Source of the DNA: Acidimicrobiia bacterium
Lineage (GTDB): Bacteria; Actinomycetota; Acidimicrobiia; IMCC26256; DASPTH01
Direction: 5' to 3'
NCBI GenBank assembly: GCA_036502765.1
Contig: DASXXX010000053.1
Coordinates: forward strand, 172-64,171
DNA: 64,000 bases
In this document: positions 40,286 through 49,007 of the stretch, piece by piece
Position numbering within the stretch: position 1 is the stretch's first letter
Layout: each line of letters starts with the position of its first letter
Made by a program: the position numbers and the translations under genes
The notes under the pieces: generated by a model
Database searches by the model: none
The model's input: only the letters and a program-made list of their open reading frames with translations
What the model was told of the DNA's origin: nothing

Positions 40286-42750
40286 TGCTCTCGATCGGGA
40301 AGCTCCGCCTCGAAGACGGTGTCGACTACTACCTGCGGACAGTCGCCGACGGTACCGAGGAGTACTACACCGCGCAGCACGAAGCCCCGGGCCGCTGGAT
40401 CGCCTCGAGTGAGCTGCTCGTCGGATTGTCGGGCGAGGTCTCGGGCTACGAGCTGCGCGAGGTGCTGGAGGGTCGGGACCCCTCGAGCGGCCTGATGCTT
40501 GTCTCGTCGCGGCGCACCCGTCCTGGGTTCGATCTGTGCTTCTCCGCGCCCAAGTCGATGTCATTGCTGTTCGTGTTCGGCGACTCCGCCATACGGCGAG
40601 CGGTCGTCGAGGCGCACGAGCGTGCCGTCCAGGCGTCGCTGGACTACCTGGAACGCGAGGCCTGCTGGGTCCGCCGAGGCCACGCCGGCGTTCTCCGGGT
40701 TCGCGCTGACGGGTTCATCGCCGCCGCGTTTCGACATCGGACGAGCCGCGCGGGTGACCCACAACTGCACACGCACGTCGTCGTCGCCAACGCCGCCCGC
40801 GGGCCCGACGGCAAGTGGAGCGCATTGCATGGCTACGCCCTCTACGAGAGCGCCCTGACGGCCGGTTACCTGTACCAGGCGCATCTGCGCCACGAGATCA
40901 GCCGCTCGCTCGGCGTCCGCTGGGGACCTGTGATATCAGGCTGCGCCGAGATGGCCGAGATCCCGGCCCATGTGCTCGAGGCGTTCAGCAAGCGAAGCGC
41001 CGACATCGAACGAAAGAAGGCCGAACAAGGCGTCACCGGACGGCACGGCGCAAAAATCGCCACGCTCGCCACCCGACCGGCGAAGGATCCTGAGGTCGAC
41101 GTCGCGTCGCTATTTCGCGAGTGGGAACGCCAAGCCGCCGACCTGGGCTTCGAGGCTACGACAGTTCGGTCACTCATCAGCCGTCGCGTCCACCCCGGCC
41201 TCGGGCGCGTCAACGATGGCGAGGTCGTTGACTCCTTGACGTTGCGCCAGTCGACGTTCGAGCGCGCCGAAGTCGTGCGAGCCGTCGCCGAGCGCGCACC
41301 CGACGGCGCGGCCGTCGGGGAGATCGAACGGTACGCCGATGCGCTCCTGGCCGGTGACCGCGTGGTGCGCGTGGCCGACGATATGTACTCGACTCCGCCG
41401 ATGCTCCGCCTCGAAGCCGGAATCCTCGAAACCGCGCAGCGACGCCTCGGAGGCGGGCTCGGTGTGGCTGATGTGGGTCTGGTCGAGACCGAGATCAGCC
41501 GACGACTCGTGCTGTCGGCCGATCAGGAAGACATGGTGCGGCAGCTCACAACATCGGGCAACGGTGTCGAGGTCGTCCTCGGTGTCGCGGGCGCAGGGAA
41601 GACCTCCGGACTCGAATGTGCGCGGACGATCTGGGAAGCCAGCGGCTACCAGACGATCGGCGTCGCGCTGGCTGCCCGCGCCGCCGTCGAGCTCGAGACC
41701 CGCTCCGGGATCCCGAGTTGCACGCTCGATGCGTTGCTCAGGGACCTCGCGCAACCCGGTGGTCCGCTGCCGTCACGCACCGTCGTGGTCGTGGACGAGG
41801 CCGCGATGGTCGACACCCGCCGACTCGCCCGCCTCCTGGTCCACACCGACGCCGCCGGCACGAAGGTCGTCCTCGTCGGCGACGATCACCAGCTTCCCGA
41901 GATCGGCGCCGGAGGAGCGTTCGCAGGCCTGCTCCGCCAGCTTCCCGCGGTCGTGCTCGCCGAGAATCGTCGGCAGACGGACGCGGTGGACCGACTGGCG
42001 CTCGCCGAGCTGCGCACCGGCAACGCCGAAGCGGCCGTCCGGCGGCTCGTCGCCAACGGGCGCATCAGCCTGGTCGACACAGCAGACGCGGCGCGCGAGC
42101 AGATGGTCCACGACTGGCGAGCAGCGACGCGGGGCGGGGACGACGCCGTGATGCTCGCCTCACGTCGAGTCGACGTCGAGGATCTCAATCGACGAGCCCG
42201 CTCGCAGCTCGTCGAAGAGGGCGCGGTGTATGCCCGAGGGATCACGATCCATGGTCACGAGTTCGCCGTCGGCGACCGCGTTATGACCCTGAGCAATCGC
42301 CGACGGCTCGGCGTCACGAACGGTGACCGTGGCACCGTCGTCGCCATCTGTGATGGGGAGGTCGCCATGCGCCTCGATCGGGGACCAACTATCGCTCTCC
42401 CAGCGAGCTACCTGCATGCCTGCCATCTCACCCACGCCTACGCCACGACGATCCACAAGGCCCAAGGCATGACGTGCGACCGCGCGCTGGTCCTCGCCAA
42501 CAATGCAATGTTCCGAGAGGCCGGCTACACGGCTCTGTCCCGTGGCAGGAAGGAGAACCGGCTGTACGTCATCACGCCCGATCGGCCGGATGTCGACGTC
42601 GGCCATGGCATCTTTGGCGACAGCGACCACCCACTCGACCGACTCGTCTCGACACTGGAACAATCACGGGCGAAGCACCTCGCCCTCGAAGAACTCATGC
42701 GAGGCCCAGCGGTGGACCCGCCGGCTCTCGGCCGGGGCATCGATCTGTAA
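40285..42750 (+). CDS. MobF-family relaxase (TrwC/TraA-like) with C-terminal RecD-like helicase
   Basis: 821 aa. N-terminal Tyr pair (VDYYL...EEYYT), 3-His motif HRTSRAGDPQLHTHVVVAN, helicase Walker A GVAGAGKTS and Walker B VVVVDEAAMV. Confidence 0.9.
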   Translation: MLSIGKLRLEDGVDYYLRTVADGTEEYYTAQHEAPGRWIASSELLVGLSGEVSGYELREVLEGRDPSSGLMLVSSRRTRPGFDLCFSAPKSMSLLFVFGDSAIRRAVVEAHERAVQASLDYLEREACWVRRGHAGVLRVRADGFIAAAFRHRTSRAGDPQLHTHVVVANAARGPDGKWSALHGYALYESALTAGYLYQAHLRHEISRSLGVRWGPVISGCAEMAEIPAHVLEAFSKRSADIERKKAEQGVTGRHGAKIATLATRPAKDPEVDVASLFREWERQAADLGFEATTVRSLISRRVHPGLGRVNDGEVVDSLTLRQSTFERAEVVRAVAERAPDGAAVGEIERYADALLAGDRVVRVADDMYSTPPMLRLEAGILETAQRRLGGGLGVADVGLVETEISRRLVLSADQEDMVRQLTTSGNGVEVVLGVAGAGKTSGLECARTIWEASGYQTIGVALAARAAVELETRSGIPSCTLDALLRDLAQPGGPLPSRTVVVVDEAAMVDTRRLARLLVHTDAAGTKVVLVGDDHQLPEIGAGGAFAGLLRQLPAVVLAENRRQTDAVDRLALAELRTGNAEAAVRRLVANGRISLVDTADAAREQMVHDWRAATRGGDDAVMLASRRVDVEDLNRRARSQLVEEGAVYARGITIHGHEFAVGDRVMTLSNRRRLGVTNGDRGTVVAICDGEVAMRLDRGPTIALPASYLHACHLTHAYATTIHKAQGMTCDRALVLANNAMFREAGYTALSRGRKENRLYVITPDRPDVDVGHGIFGDSDHPLDRLVSTLEQSRAKHLALEELMRGPAVDPPALGRGIDL

Positions 42751-42782
42751 CGCGAGCCCCGCCGCAACCCTCAGGAGGAAGC

Positions 42783-43928
42783 ATGCGTGGGAGCGTCATC
42801 AAGCGAGGCAACTCCTGGTCGGTCGTTATCGACTTCGGCCGGGACGCCGCCGGGAAGCGGATGCGCAAATGGCATTCGGGATTCGAGACTCGCAAGGAGG
42901 CCGAACGCGCGCGCACGGAGATCCTGAGCCGGCTCGACCACGGTACCTACGTCGAACCCGACCGTCGCACACTCAGTGACTTCCTGGAGCACGACTGGCT
43001 GCCAGCGATCAAGGCACGCATCCGGCCCTCGACCTGGGACAGCTACGCGCGCAATGTTCGCCTTCATGTCGTCCCTGAGCTTGGCGGCGAGCATCTCCAG
43101 TCGATCACGCCCGCCCGCCTGAATCGCTTCTACGCGGAAATGCTCGAGAGCGGTCGCATTGGCAGCGAGCGCGGCCTCTCACCCAAGACGGTCCGCTACG
43201 TGCACGGGATCATTCGCAAGGCGTTCGCCGATGCCGTCCGGTGGAACGTCGTGCAGAGGAACGTCGCGGATCTCGCCGATCCACCGAAGGTCGGGGCCGC
43301 GGGACGCGAGATGCAGACCTGGACCGCCGACGAGCTGCGAACCTTCCTCCACCACATCGAGGACCAGCGGCTCTACGCCGCCTACCTGCTCGCGGCCACT
43401 ACCGGGATGCGGCGCGGCGAGGTTCTCGGGCTGCGCTGGCAGGATGTCGATCTCGACCTTGCTCGGCTGTCGGTCCGCCAGACCATCGTCTCGGTCGCGT
43501 ACGAGATCAAGTTCGCCGAGCCCAAGACCACGCGGAGCCGCAGGTCGATCGCGCTCGATCAACGAACCGTCGCCGTGCTTCGTTCTTGGCGGAAGGTGCA
43601 GCTCGAAGATCGCATCCTGCTCGGCGACGACTACGAGAACTCGGGGCTCGTCTTCACCCGCGAGGATGGGCGCTTCATCCACCCAGACCGTTTCAGCCAG
43701 CTCTTCGACAAGTACGTCGGCTCGTCGGGGCTACCTCGTATCCGGCTCCACGATCTACGCCACACGCACGCGTCGCTCGCGCTCGCCGCGGGAGTGCACC
43801 CGAAGGTCGTGAGCGAACGCCTCGGGCATGCCACCGTCGCGTTCACACTCGACGTTTACTCGCATGCCGTCCCGGCGCTTCAAGAGGACGCGGCAGATCG
43901 AGTTGCGGCGTTGGTCTTCGGCGCGTGA
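42783..43928 (+). CDS. int: tyrosine-type site-specific recombinase/integrase
   Basis: ATG after AGGAGGAAGC. 381 aa. SAM-like N-domain plus catalytic residues in GMRRGEVLGLRW, RLHDLRHTHASL and LGHATVAFTLDVYSH. Confidence 0.92.
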   Translation: MRGSVIKRGNSWSVVIDFGRDAAGKRMRKWHSGFETRKEAERARTEILSRLDHGTYVEPDRRTLSDFLEHDWLPAIKARIRPSTWDSYARNVRLHVVPELGGEHLQSITPARLNRFYAEMLESGRIGSERGLSPKTVRYVHGIIRKAFADAVRWNVVQRNVADLADPPKVGAAGREMQTWTADELRTFLHHIEDQRLYAAYLLAATTGMRRGEVLGLRWQDVDLDLARLSVRQTIVSVAYEIKFAEPKTTRSRRSIALDQRTVAVLRSWRKVQLEDRILLGDDYENSGLVFTREDGRFIHPDRFSQLFDKYVGSSGLPRIRLHDLRHTHASLALAAGVHPKVVSERLGHATVAFTLDVYSHAVPALQEDAADRVAALVFGA

Positions 43929-44063
43929 TCCCGATCCAGACACCATCCCGCGCCAGTTTCACCTGCTCTCGTCGGGATGCCAGAACCCATAAATCTCGTC
44001 GTGGACCGGACACGGCGGACCGGTTCGCCGTTAGGCCCTTGGAGAACCAGACGGAGGGCGACG

Positions 44064-44351
44064 TTGGCGACACGAGTCCAGATCCAGTGCATCAACAAGA
44101 AGAACCGGCTCGACCCGCATGACAGAATCAACCACGTCGGCGGTCTGAATGCGGATCAGACCCGGTGGAAGCTCACCGAGACCGATGCCATCGCCGGCAT
44201 TGATGAGGGCAAATGGTCTTTCTACGTCGTAAACCCGCGGGGTGGTGTGGTTGAAGTCATCGTGGTCACCCGGCTCGGGCACCGCTACCTCAAGACCGTC
44301 GCAGATGGCGATCAGCCTGACAACCTGCTTGCGCTTCCCGAGTGTCCTTGA
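44064..44351 (+). CDS. DUF3892-domain protein
   Basis: TTG start 5 nt after GGAGGG, in frame with track ORF 43977..44351. VQIQCINKKNRLDPHDRINHVGG...WKLTETDAIAGIDEGKWSFYV...YLKTVADGDQPDNLLALPEC matches the DUF3892 pattern. Confidence 0.65.
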   Translation: MATRVQIQCINKKNRLDPHDRINHVGGLNADQTRWKLTETDAIAGIDEGKWSFYVVNPRGGVVEVIVVTRLGHRYLKTVADGDQPDNLLALPECP

Positions 44352-44510
44352 TCTGGCTACGGCTCGTCCCGCCGCGCTGGAATTCAGAATGATCGAGCCT
44401 CAGGGGGCGCGGTCTGGCTACCAGCAACTTCGGCGCTGCGACCGTGACGATCATCATGGCCTTCACCACAGCGAGACGTAGCGCCAGGCGATTGGCAGCT
44501 CGGTCGCGCA

Positions 44511-44849
44511 GTGAGCACAGATGAGCCGTTCCTTCCGGTCATTGGTGACGTCTACGAGGTTCACCGCGACGTTCGGGCCGGCGCCGCGCTCGACAAGAAG
44601 GAGTGGCGGCGAGCAGTCGTCGTCGAGGTGCCCGAGGCGGGCGGGATGATCGGCATCGTGACGCGGACGACCACCAAGGCGAAGCCCGGCGTGCACTCAG
44701 GTAAGGACGCGGCGTCCGGTTTGACGAAGGAAGGCCGCTTCGACCGCCCAGGCTGGGTTCAGGCAGTGCATTGGAATCCGCGGACGGTGCGCCGGGTTGG
44801 CAAACTTGACGAAGCGCTCTTCGCAAAGATCAAGGAGCGCTTCGTCTGA
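44511..44849 (+). CDS. PemK/MazF-like (SH3-barrel toxin fold) protein, tentative
   Basis: 112 aa, GTG start. The GDVYEV...RRAVVVEV...GIVTRTTT...RRVGKLDEALFAKIKE layout parallels MazF/PemK blocks (GDI..V, RP.VV, P.T.., G.L....). Assignment is by eye only. Confidence 0.45.
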   Translation: MSTDEPFLPVIGDVYEVHRDVRAGAALDKKEWRRAVVVEVPEAGGMIGIVTRTTTKAKPGVHSGKDAASGLTKEGRFDRPGWVQAVHWNPRTVRRVGKLDEALFAKIKERFV

Positions 44850-45817
44850 TGAGCGCTTGGCAGGAACTCGCCGATACCGGTCGGCTCGGCAACGAGTCGA
44901 GCGCGCTCATCTATGCGACAGTTCGCGCCGTCGGGCGAAGCTTCCCGCCGCCCGAGGGCTACCGCACCTGGACCGGCGACGCTGTCATCGAAGCGGCTCA
45001 TGATTTTGTCGCCGAAGCCCCGAAGCGGGTGCTCGACGCGTGGCTCGGCGCCGTAGATGAGCGGAGCTTCGAGGTTCGCATGCAGGGCGCGGTGAGGAAC
45101 TGGTTCAGAGACCGAGGCCGCCGAACGCGGTTGGGTCGACTGGTCCGTCGGATCCGCGAAGTACTGGATGACGACAACGACTTCGCGCGAACGGGCAACG
45201 CGGCGACAAGGGACGAGCGGTGGCATCTGACCGGCGGTCCAGCGGCCCCGACAACGGCGACTGAACACGAATTGTTGCTCGCGGCCGCGACCGAAAAGGA
45301 CGTCGCGATACCCCGTTGGCACGCGAAAGCAAAGCGCCAAGCACCCGACGCCGACCGAGACACGATCGTTCGCCTTGCACGTCGAATCCTCGAGGCGGCG
45401 GACGGTTCCGTCGCAGGGTCCGATCTGGCACGGGCAATGGGTCACCGCCTCGGAGTCGCGCCTCAGCCGCAGTCGCTTGAGTTGGACGAGCACGATGAAT
45501 CGGATCTCGCCGACCCGACCGCAGAGCAGGCAGTCGAGCACTCGGTAGCGAGGATGACGGCCCATGACATCTTCGAACGTCTGACGCTGCGAGAGCGGCT
45601 CGTGGTAGCGACATGGACTGAGAGCGTTCGGAACTCTGGCGCAGCGTTGGGCTTAGGCCACAGCCAGGCCGCCACGCTGAGAGAACGAGTCGTCGCCATG
45701 GTCCGAAGTGAGCTGATCGATGACGACATGGCCGAAGTTGTGCTCGACGAACTCACAACGAAAGCCGCTGAATGGTGGCCCAGCCGGACGCGCGATGACA
45801 ATCCGCCGTTTCAATGA
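44849..45817 (+). CDS. sigma-70/ECF-like protein (region 2-like and region 4-like segments), tentative
   Basis: 322 aa. The start overlaps the upstream stop (TGATG). AVRNWFRDRGRRTRLGR resembles sigma region 2.x. FERLTLRERLVVATWTESVRNSGAALGLGHSQAATLRERVVAMV resembles the region 4 HTH. About 120 aa are inserted between them. Confidence 0.45.
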   Translation: MSAWQELADTGRLGNESSALIYATVRAVGRSFPPPEGYRTWTGDAVIEAAHDFVAEAPKRVLDAWLGAVDERSFEVRMQGAVRNWFRDRGRRTRLGRLVRRIREVLDDDNDFARTGNAATRDERWHLTGGPAAPTTATEHELLLAAATEKDVAIPRWHAKAKRQAPDADRDTIVRLARRILEAADGSVAGSDLARAMGHRLGVAPQPQSLELDEHDESDLADPTAEQAVEHSVARMTAHDIFERLTLRERLVVATWTESVRNSGAALGLGHSQAATLRERVVAMVRSELIDDDMAEVVLDELTTKAAEWWPSRTRDDNPPFQ

Positions 45818-47262
45818 GAGTGCGAGGAGAACGCGATGGGACAGCCGAGGTCATGAACGAACACCTTCTCGACACGGAACTCTTGCGACTCGCCGAGGGT
45901 GACGCCGAAGCCGAGGTAGCCGAACTCTGGAACCAACACCTTGCCGAATGCGCCCTCTGCGCGGAGCGCTTTCGCGTCTATCCGGCTGGGGGCCAACGCC
46001 CCCGGACCACACCGAGCTTCGACATGGAGGTTCTGCCTGACGAGCTGCGGCGACTCATCGTCTCTTCCACATCCAAGGGGGAGGCACCGCAGCCCGGTCA
46101 GGTATGGCGACTCGTTGGCAGCGACGAGGCCGTGATGGCCCTGATTCTTCGCGTGAGGGAGACGGGATTGATTGTTGCGCCCGTCACGCTCGATGTTGAG
46201 CTCGCCGACGACGCCACCCCTGTCGTAACTGCGGAGGCTTCGCCGATCGGAATCGCACTCGCGGTATGGGGAAGCCTCACATCAGAGGTGACGCTTGACA
46301 GTGCCGACAGGTACCTCTTCGATCTGCCGCTTGTTGACGCCGTCAGGCAAGCTCGATCGGGAACCGATCCATCGTTGCCAGGCGTGACCCGTGGGGTTCC
46401 GATCGTCTCGGTCATCGACACTCGCGTCGAATATCGCCAGCACCTCCTCGAAGTCCTTGAGTCGCTTTCTCCTCACTCGTACGACGACGAAGATGACGAT
46501 GAAGATGACGATGAAATCGATGGTGGCAAGTTCGACGATACGTACGAACGCGTTGAGGCTCTGCCAGCCTGGGCGCGGCAACGGCCGGACCTCGCCCGCC
46601 TCGTGCAAGATCTCGAGCTGGAGCTACAGATCCGCAGACCAAGTGGCTGCGTGCTGCGTTACCTCCCGAAGCTCGACCAAGTCCTGGTGGCTGAGAAAAC
46701 TCTGTTCGGAGTTGCTGTTGTCTCCGAGATGGACGTAGTACTGCCGATCTTCGTGTCCGAGACGCCATCCTTCGTCGGCATCCCGCTTGAGACACCTGCG
46801 CAGCTCTTGAAGAAGGATGCCGATGCAACGGCTGTCGTCATTGCCGTCGGTAGTGGTCTAACTGCCGAAGCAATCGCAGTTCAGCCCCATGAAGCGAACG
46901 ACGCGATCGAGGCCCCGTCCGGGGAGATCGCGCCTCCACGATGGCCGTCTCCGCTGGGACTTCCTGACTGTGTCGCCGGCTTTCTTGAGCAGAGCATCTG
47001 GACTTGGGAGCCCGTTTCTGATTCCGCGCTGCATGTCGCGACTCTGAACATGGTCGACGTTGTCGCGCGAGCAACACAGGAAGCGCTCGCAGAAACCGCG
47101 GCGAGGTCTACCGGATTTAAGATCACGGAGAAGAAGGACGGGTACAGCTCAATCGGTGCAACTGATGCCCCTGCGATTACGTCGCTTGTTACGGCATCGG
47201 AGGCGAACGGACACGGGGGCGCTTCTCGCCTCATCGACGAATACATCGGAGCGCCGACGTGA
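45814..47262 (+). CDS. protein with N-terminal ZAS-type (H-x3-C-x2-C) anti-sigma motif and large uncharacterised C-terminal region
   Basis: 482 aa. ATGA overlap with the upstream gene (alternative start at 45853). HLAECALC at residues 42-49. Acidic stretch YDDEDDDEDDDEIDGGKFDD mid-protein. No TM helix seen. Confidence 0.5.
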   Translation: MRVRGERDGTAEVMNEHLLDTELLRLAEGDAEAEVAELWNQHLAECALCAERFRVYPAGGQRPRTTPSFDMEVLPDELRRLIVSSTSKGEAPQPGQVWRLVGSDEAVMALILRVRETGLIVAPVTLDVELADDATPVVTAEASPIGIALAVWGSLTSEVTLDSADRYLFDLPLVDAVRQARSGTDPSLPGVTRGVPIVSVIDTRVEYRQHLLEVLESLSPHSYDDEDDDEDDDEIDGGKFDDTYERVEALPAWARQRPDLARLVQDLELELQIRRPSGCVLRYLPKLDQVLVAEKTLFGVAVVSEMDVVLPIFVSETPSFVGIPLETPAQLLKKDADATAVVIAVGSGLTAEAIAVQPHEANDAIEAPSGEIAPPRWPSPLGLPDCVAGFLEQSIWTWEPVSDSALHVATLNMVDVVARATQEALAETAARSTGFKITEKKDGYSSIGATDAPAITSLVTASEANGHGGASRLIDEYIGAPT

Positions 47263-49007
47263 TCCGCAAATTGCAGCTGCGAAATTGGCGCGCTTACGCG
47301 AACCTCACCTCGGACTTCGAACCTGGGACGACGTTCGTCGTCGCAAGAAACGGCGTCGGCAAGACCAGCATGGTGAGCGGGCTCGCGTGGACTCTGTACG
47401 ACCGGCCAGTAGCGGAAGTGAAGGCGTCTCTCCATGACGGCGCGCCCGCCGACGGCTGGGTCGAACTCATCCTTCCGAATGACACGGTCCTGTCCGTACA
47501 TCGACACTTCGACGGGCGTCGTTCGACACTCGAAGCCTCGGTCGACGGAACGAATCTTTCCCCAGACGCGTATGAGGCCTTTTTGGTAGAGGCGTTGGGC
47601 GCGTCGACGGCTCTTCTGTCACGAACAACTGTCATGAACGAAGGTGATGCACGACCGCAAGCTGCGGAAGAGCTTCATCTACGTGACCACCTTTGCCAGG
47701 TGCTTGGTGTTACCGGCCTCTTGGAGCTGTCTGGAGAGCTCTCGAATCGAATCAAGGAAAATGAGAAGGCGACCTCTCGAATCCGCAGCGCCGCGAAGAT
47801 CTCCCAGGACCAACTCGTCGCGCTCCGAAGCGAGCGAGAGAGATTGGAGAGCGACCTAGCGAGCGCCAAGGCGGAGTCAGAGGCGCTGCGCGCGAAATAC
47901 GACGATGCTCGTCGGAGACTCACGGCCGTCGAGAGTGCCAGCGCTCTTGCCTCGATTGCAGAAGAGCGCGACGAGCAGCTTCACCAGATCGCCGTCGACC
48001 TCAATGCCGTGACCGGATCATCGCCAGATGCAGCGATCGAACCGATGCTGACGCGCACGGAGGGAGAGCTCGATGCCCAGATAGAGCTCATGCATCGGCG
48101 GGATGCCGAACTGCAGGCCCGTGCTCGATACATTCGGGACGGCCTCGCTTCCCTAAACGAGACCGGCGAGGGTACGTGCCCCGTCTGCAGGCGTCCGCTC
48201 AGATCCAAGGACGTCTCGGAAGCGCGGACCGGACATGAGAGCGAACTCGCCGCAATCGAAGCTGAGATCGCAGAGATCGACAACACGGCGCTCAGCGAAC
48301 GTCGAGAGGCGCTTCGTGAGCTGCGTCGTCGGCTGAGCTTGGTGCCGGCCGTCCCTGACATTCCTGTCGCTGAAGTCACCCTCCAAGAGGCACAGCTTCT
48401 TGAGAGGGAGGCACAGGAGGCCCTTGAAGACCTGGTCGGACGCACTCGTGTGCTGGAGTCCCAGCTTGCTGATACTGCCAGCCAGGTGACAAGCGCGGAG
48501 AACGACCTCATCGCCTCGGCAGACGCAACCCGGCACTTCAGGTATGAGGCACTCCTTGGAGCCGCGAGATCCACTGCCGACGAGGTTGTTCGTTACGCCC
48601 TTGAGGCACAGATCGACCCGCTCGCCGCAGCCGTCCGTGACCGTTGGAAGCTCTTGTTCGGACAGCGGGGTGATCTTCATCTCGACACTGACGGCTCGCT
48701 TTACCGTCTCGCCAACCATGTACGTTTGCCCTTCGCGCAATTCAGCGCAGGCGAGCGGACTACTGCGCTACTCATCCTGCGTATGTTGGCGGTAGCGGCT
48801 TCGACACGCGCCGGATTCGTGTGGGTAGACGAGCCGCTTGAGCATCTCGACCCGGATGGACGCCGACGGGTGGCGTCAATGCTCTCCCAAGCGACGGCAC
48901 CGACCGGACTCCGCCAGGTACTCATCACGACGTACGAGGAACCACTAGCCCGCCGACTGAGCGAGAGGGTCGACGGAGTCCATCTTCGTTACGTGCGGGC
49001 CGCGTAG
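47259..49007 (+). CDS. Rad50/SbcC/SMC-like AAA ATPase with central CxxC hook
   Basis: 582 aa. GTGA overlap with the upstream gene. N-terminal Walker A ARNGVGKTS, long heptad-like Glu/Arg/Leu-rich middle, CPVC at residues 307-310, C-terminal signature FSAGERT and Walker B FVWVDEPLEHLD. Confidence 0.8.
   Translation: MIRKLQLRNWRAYANLTSDFEPGTTFVVARNGVGKTSMVSGLAWTLYDRPVAEVKASLHDGAPADGWVELILPNDTVLSVHRHFDGRRSTLEASVDGTNLSPDAYEAFLVEALGASTALLSRTTVMNEGDARPQAAEELHLRDHLCQVLGVTGLLELSGELSNRIKENEKATSRIRSAAKISQDQLVALRSERERLESDLASAKAESEALRAKYDDARRRLTAVESASALASIAEERDEQLHQIAVDLNAVTGSSPDAAIEPMLTRTEGELDAQIELMHRRDAELQARARYIRDGLASLNETGEGTCPVCRRPLRSKDVSEARTGHESELAAIEAEIAEIDNTALSERREALRELRRRLSLVPAVPDIPVAEVTLQEAQLLEREAQEALEDLVGRTRVLESQLADTASQVTSAENDLIASADATRHFRYEALLGAARSTADEVVRYALEAQIDPLAAAVRDRWKLLFGQRGDLHLDTDGSLYRLANHVRLPFAQFSAGERTTALLILRMLAVAASTRAGFVWVDEPLEHLDPDGRRRVASMLSQATAPTGLRQVLITTYEEPLARRLSERVDGVHLRYVRAA

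Noticed and set aside
39618-40412. 264-aa plus-strand ORF across the iteron region and Xis-like gene
   Set aside because: Its frame differs from the HTH-containing frame. The translation is Arg/Pro/Ser-rich and runs through non-coding repeats, so it is a shadow ORF.
43929-44063. Third att copy next to the integrase, which would split the island into two tandem elements
   Set aside because: By eye, no segment resembling the 47-nt tRNA repeat or the 29-bp box occurs downstream of int. A tandem-element model is therefore unsupported, though a degenerate site could escape visual inspection.
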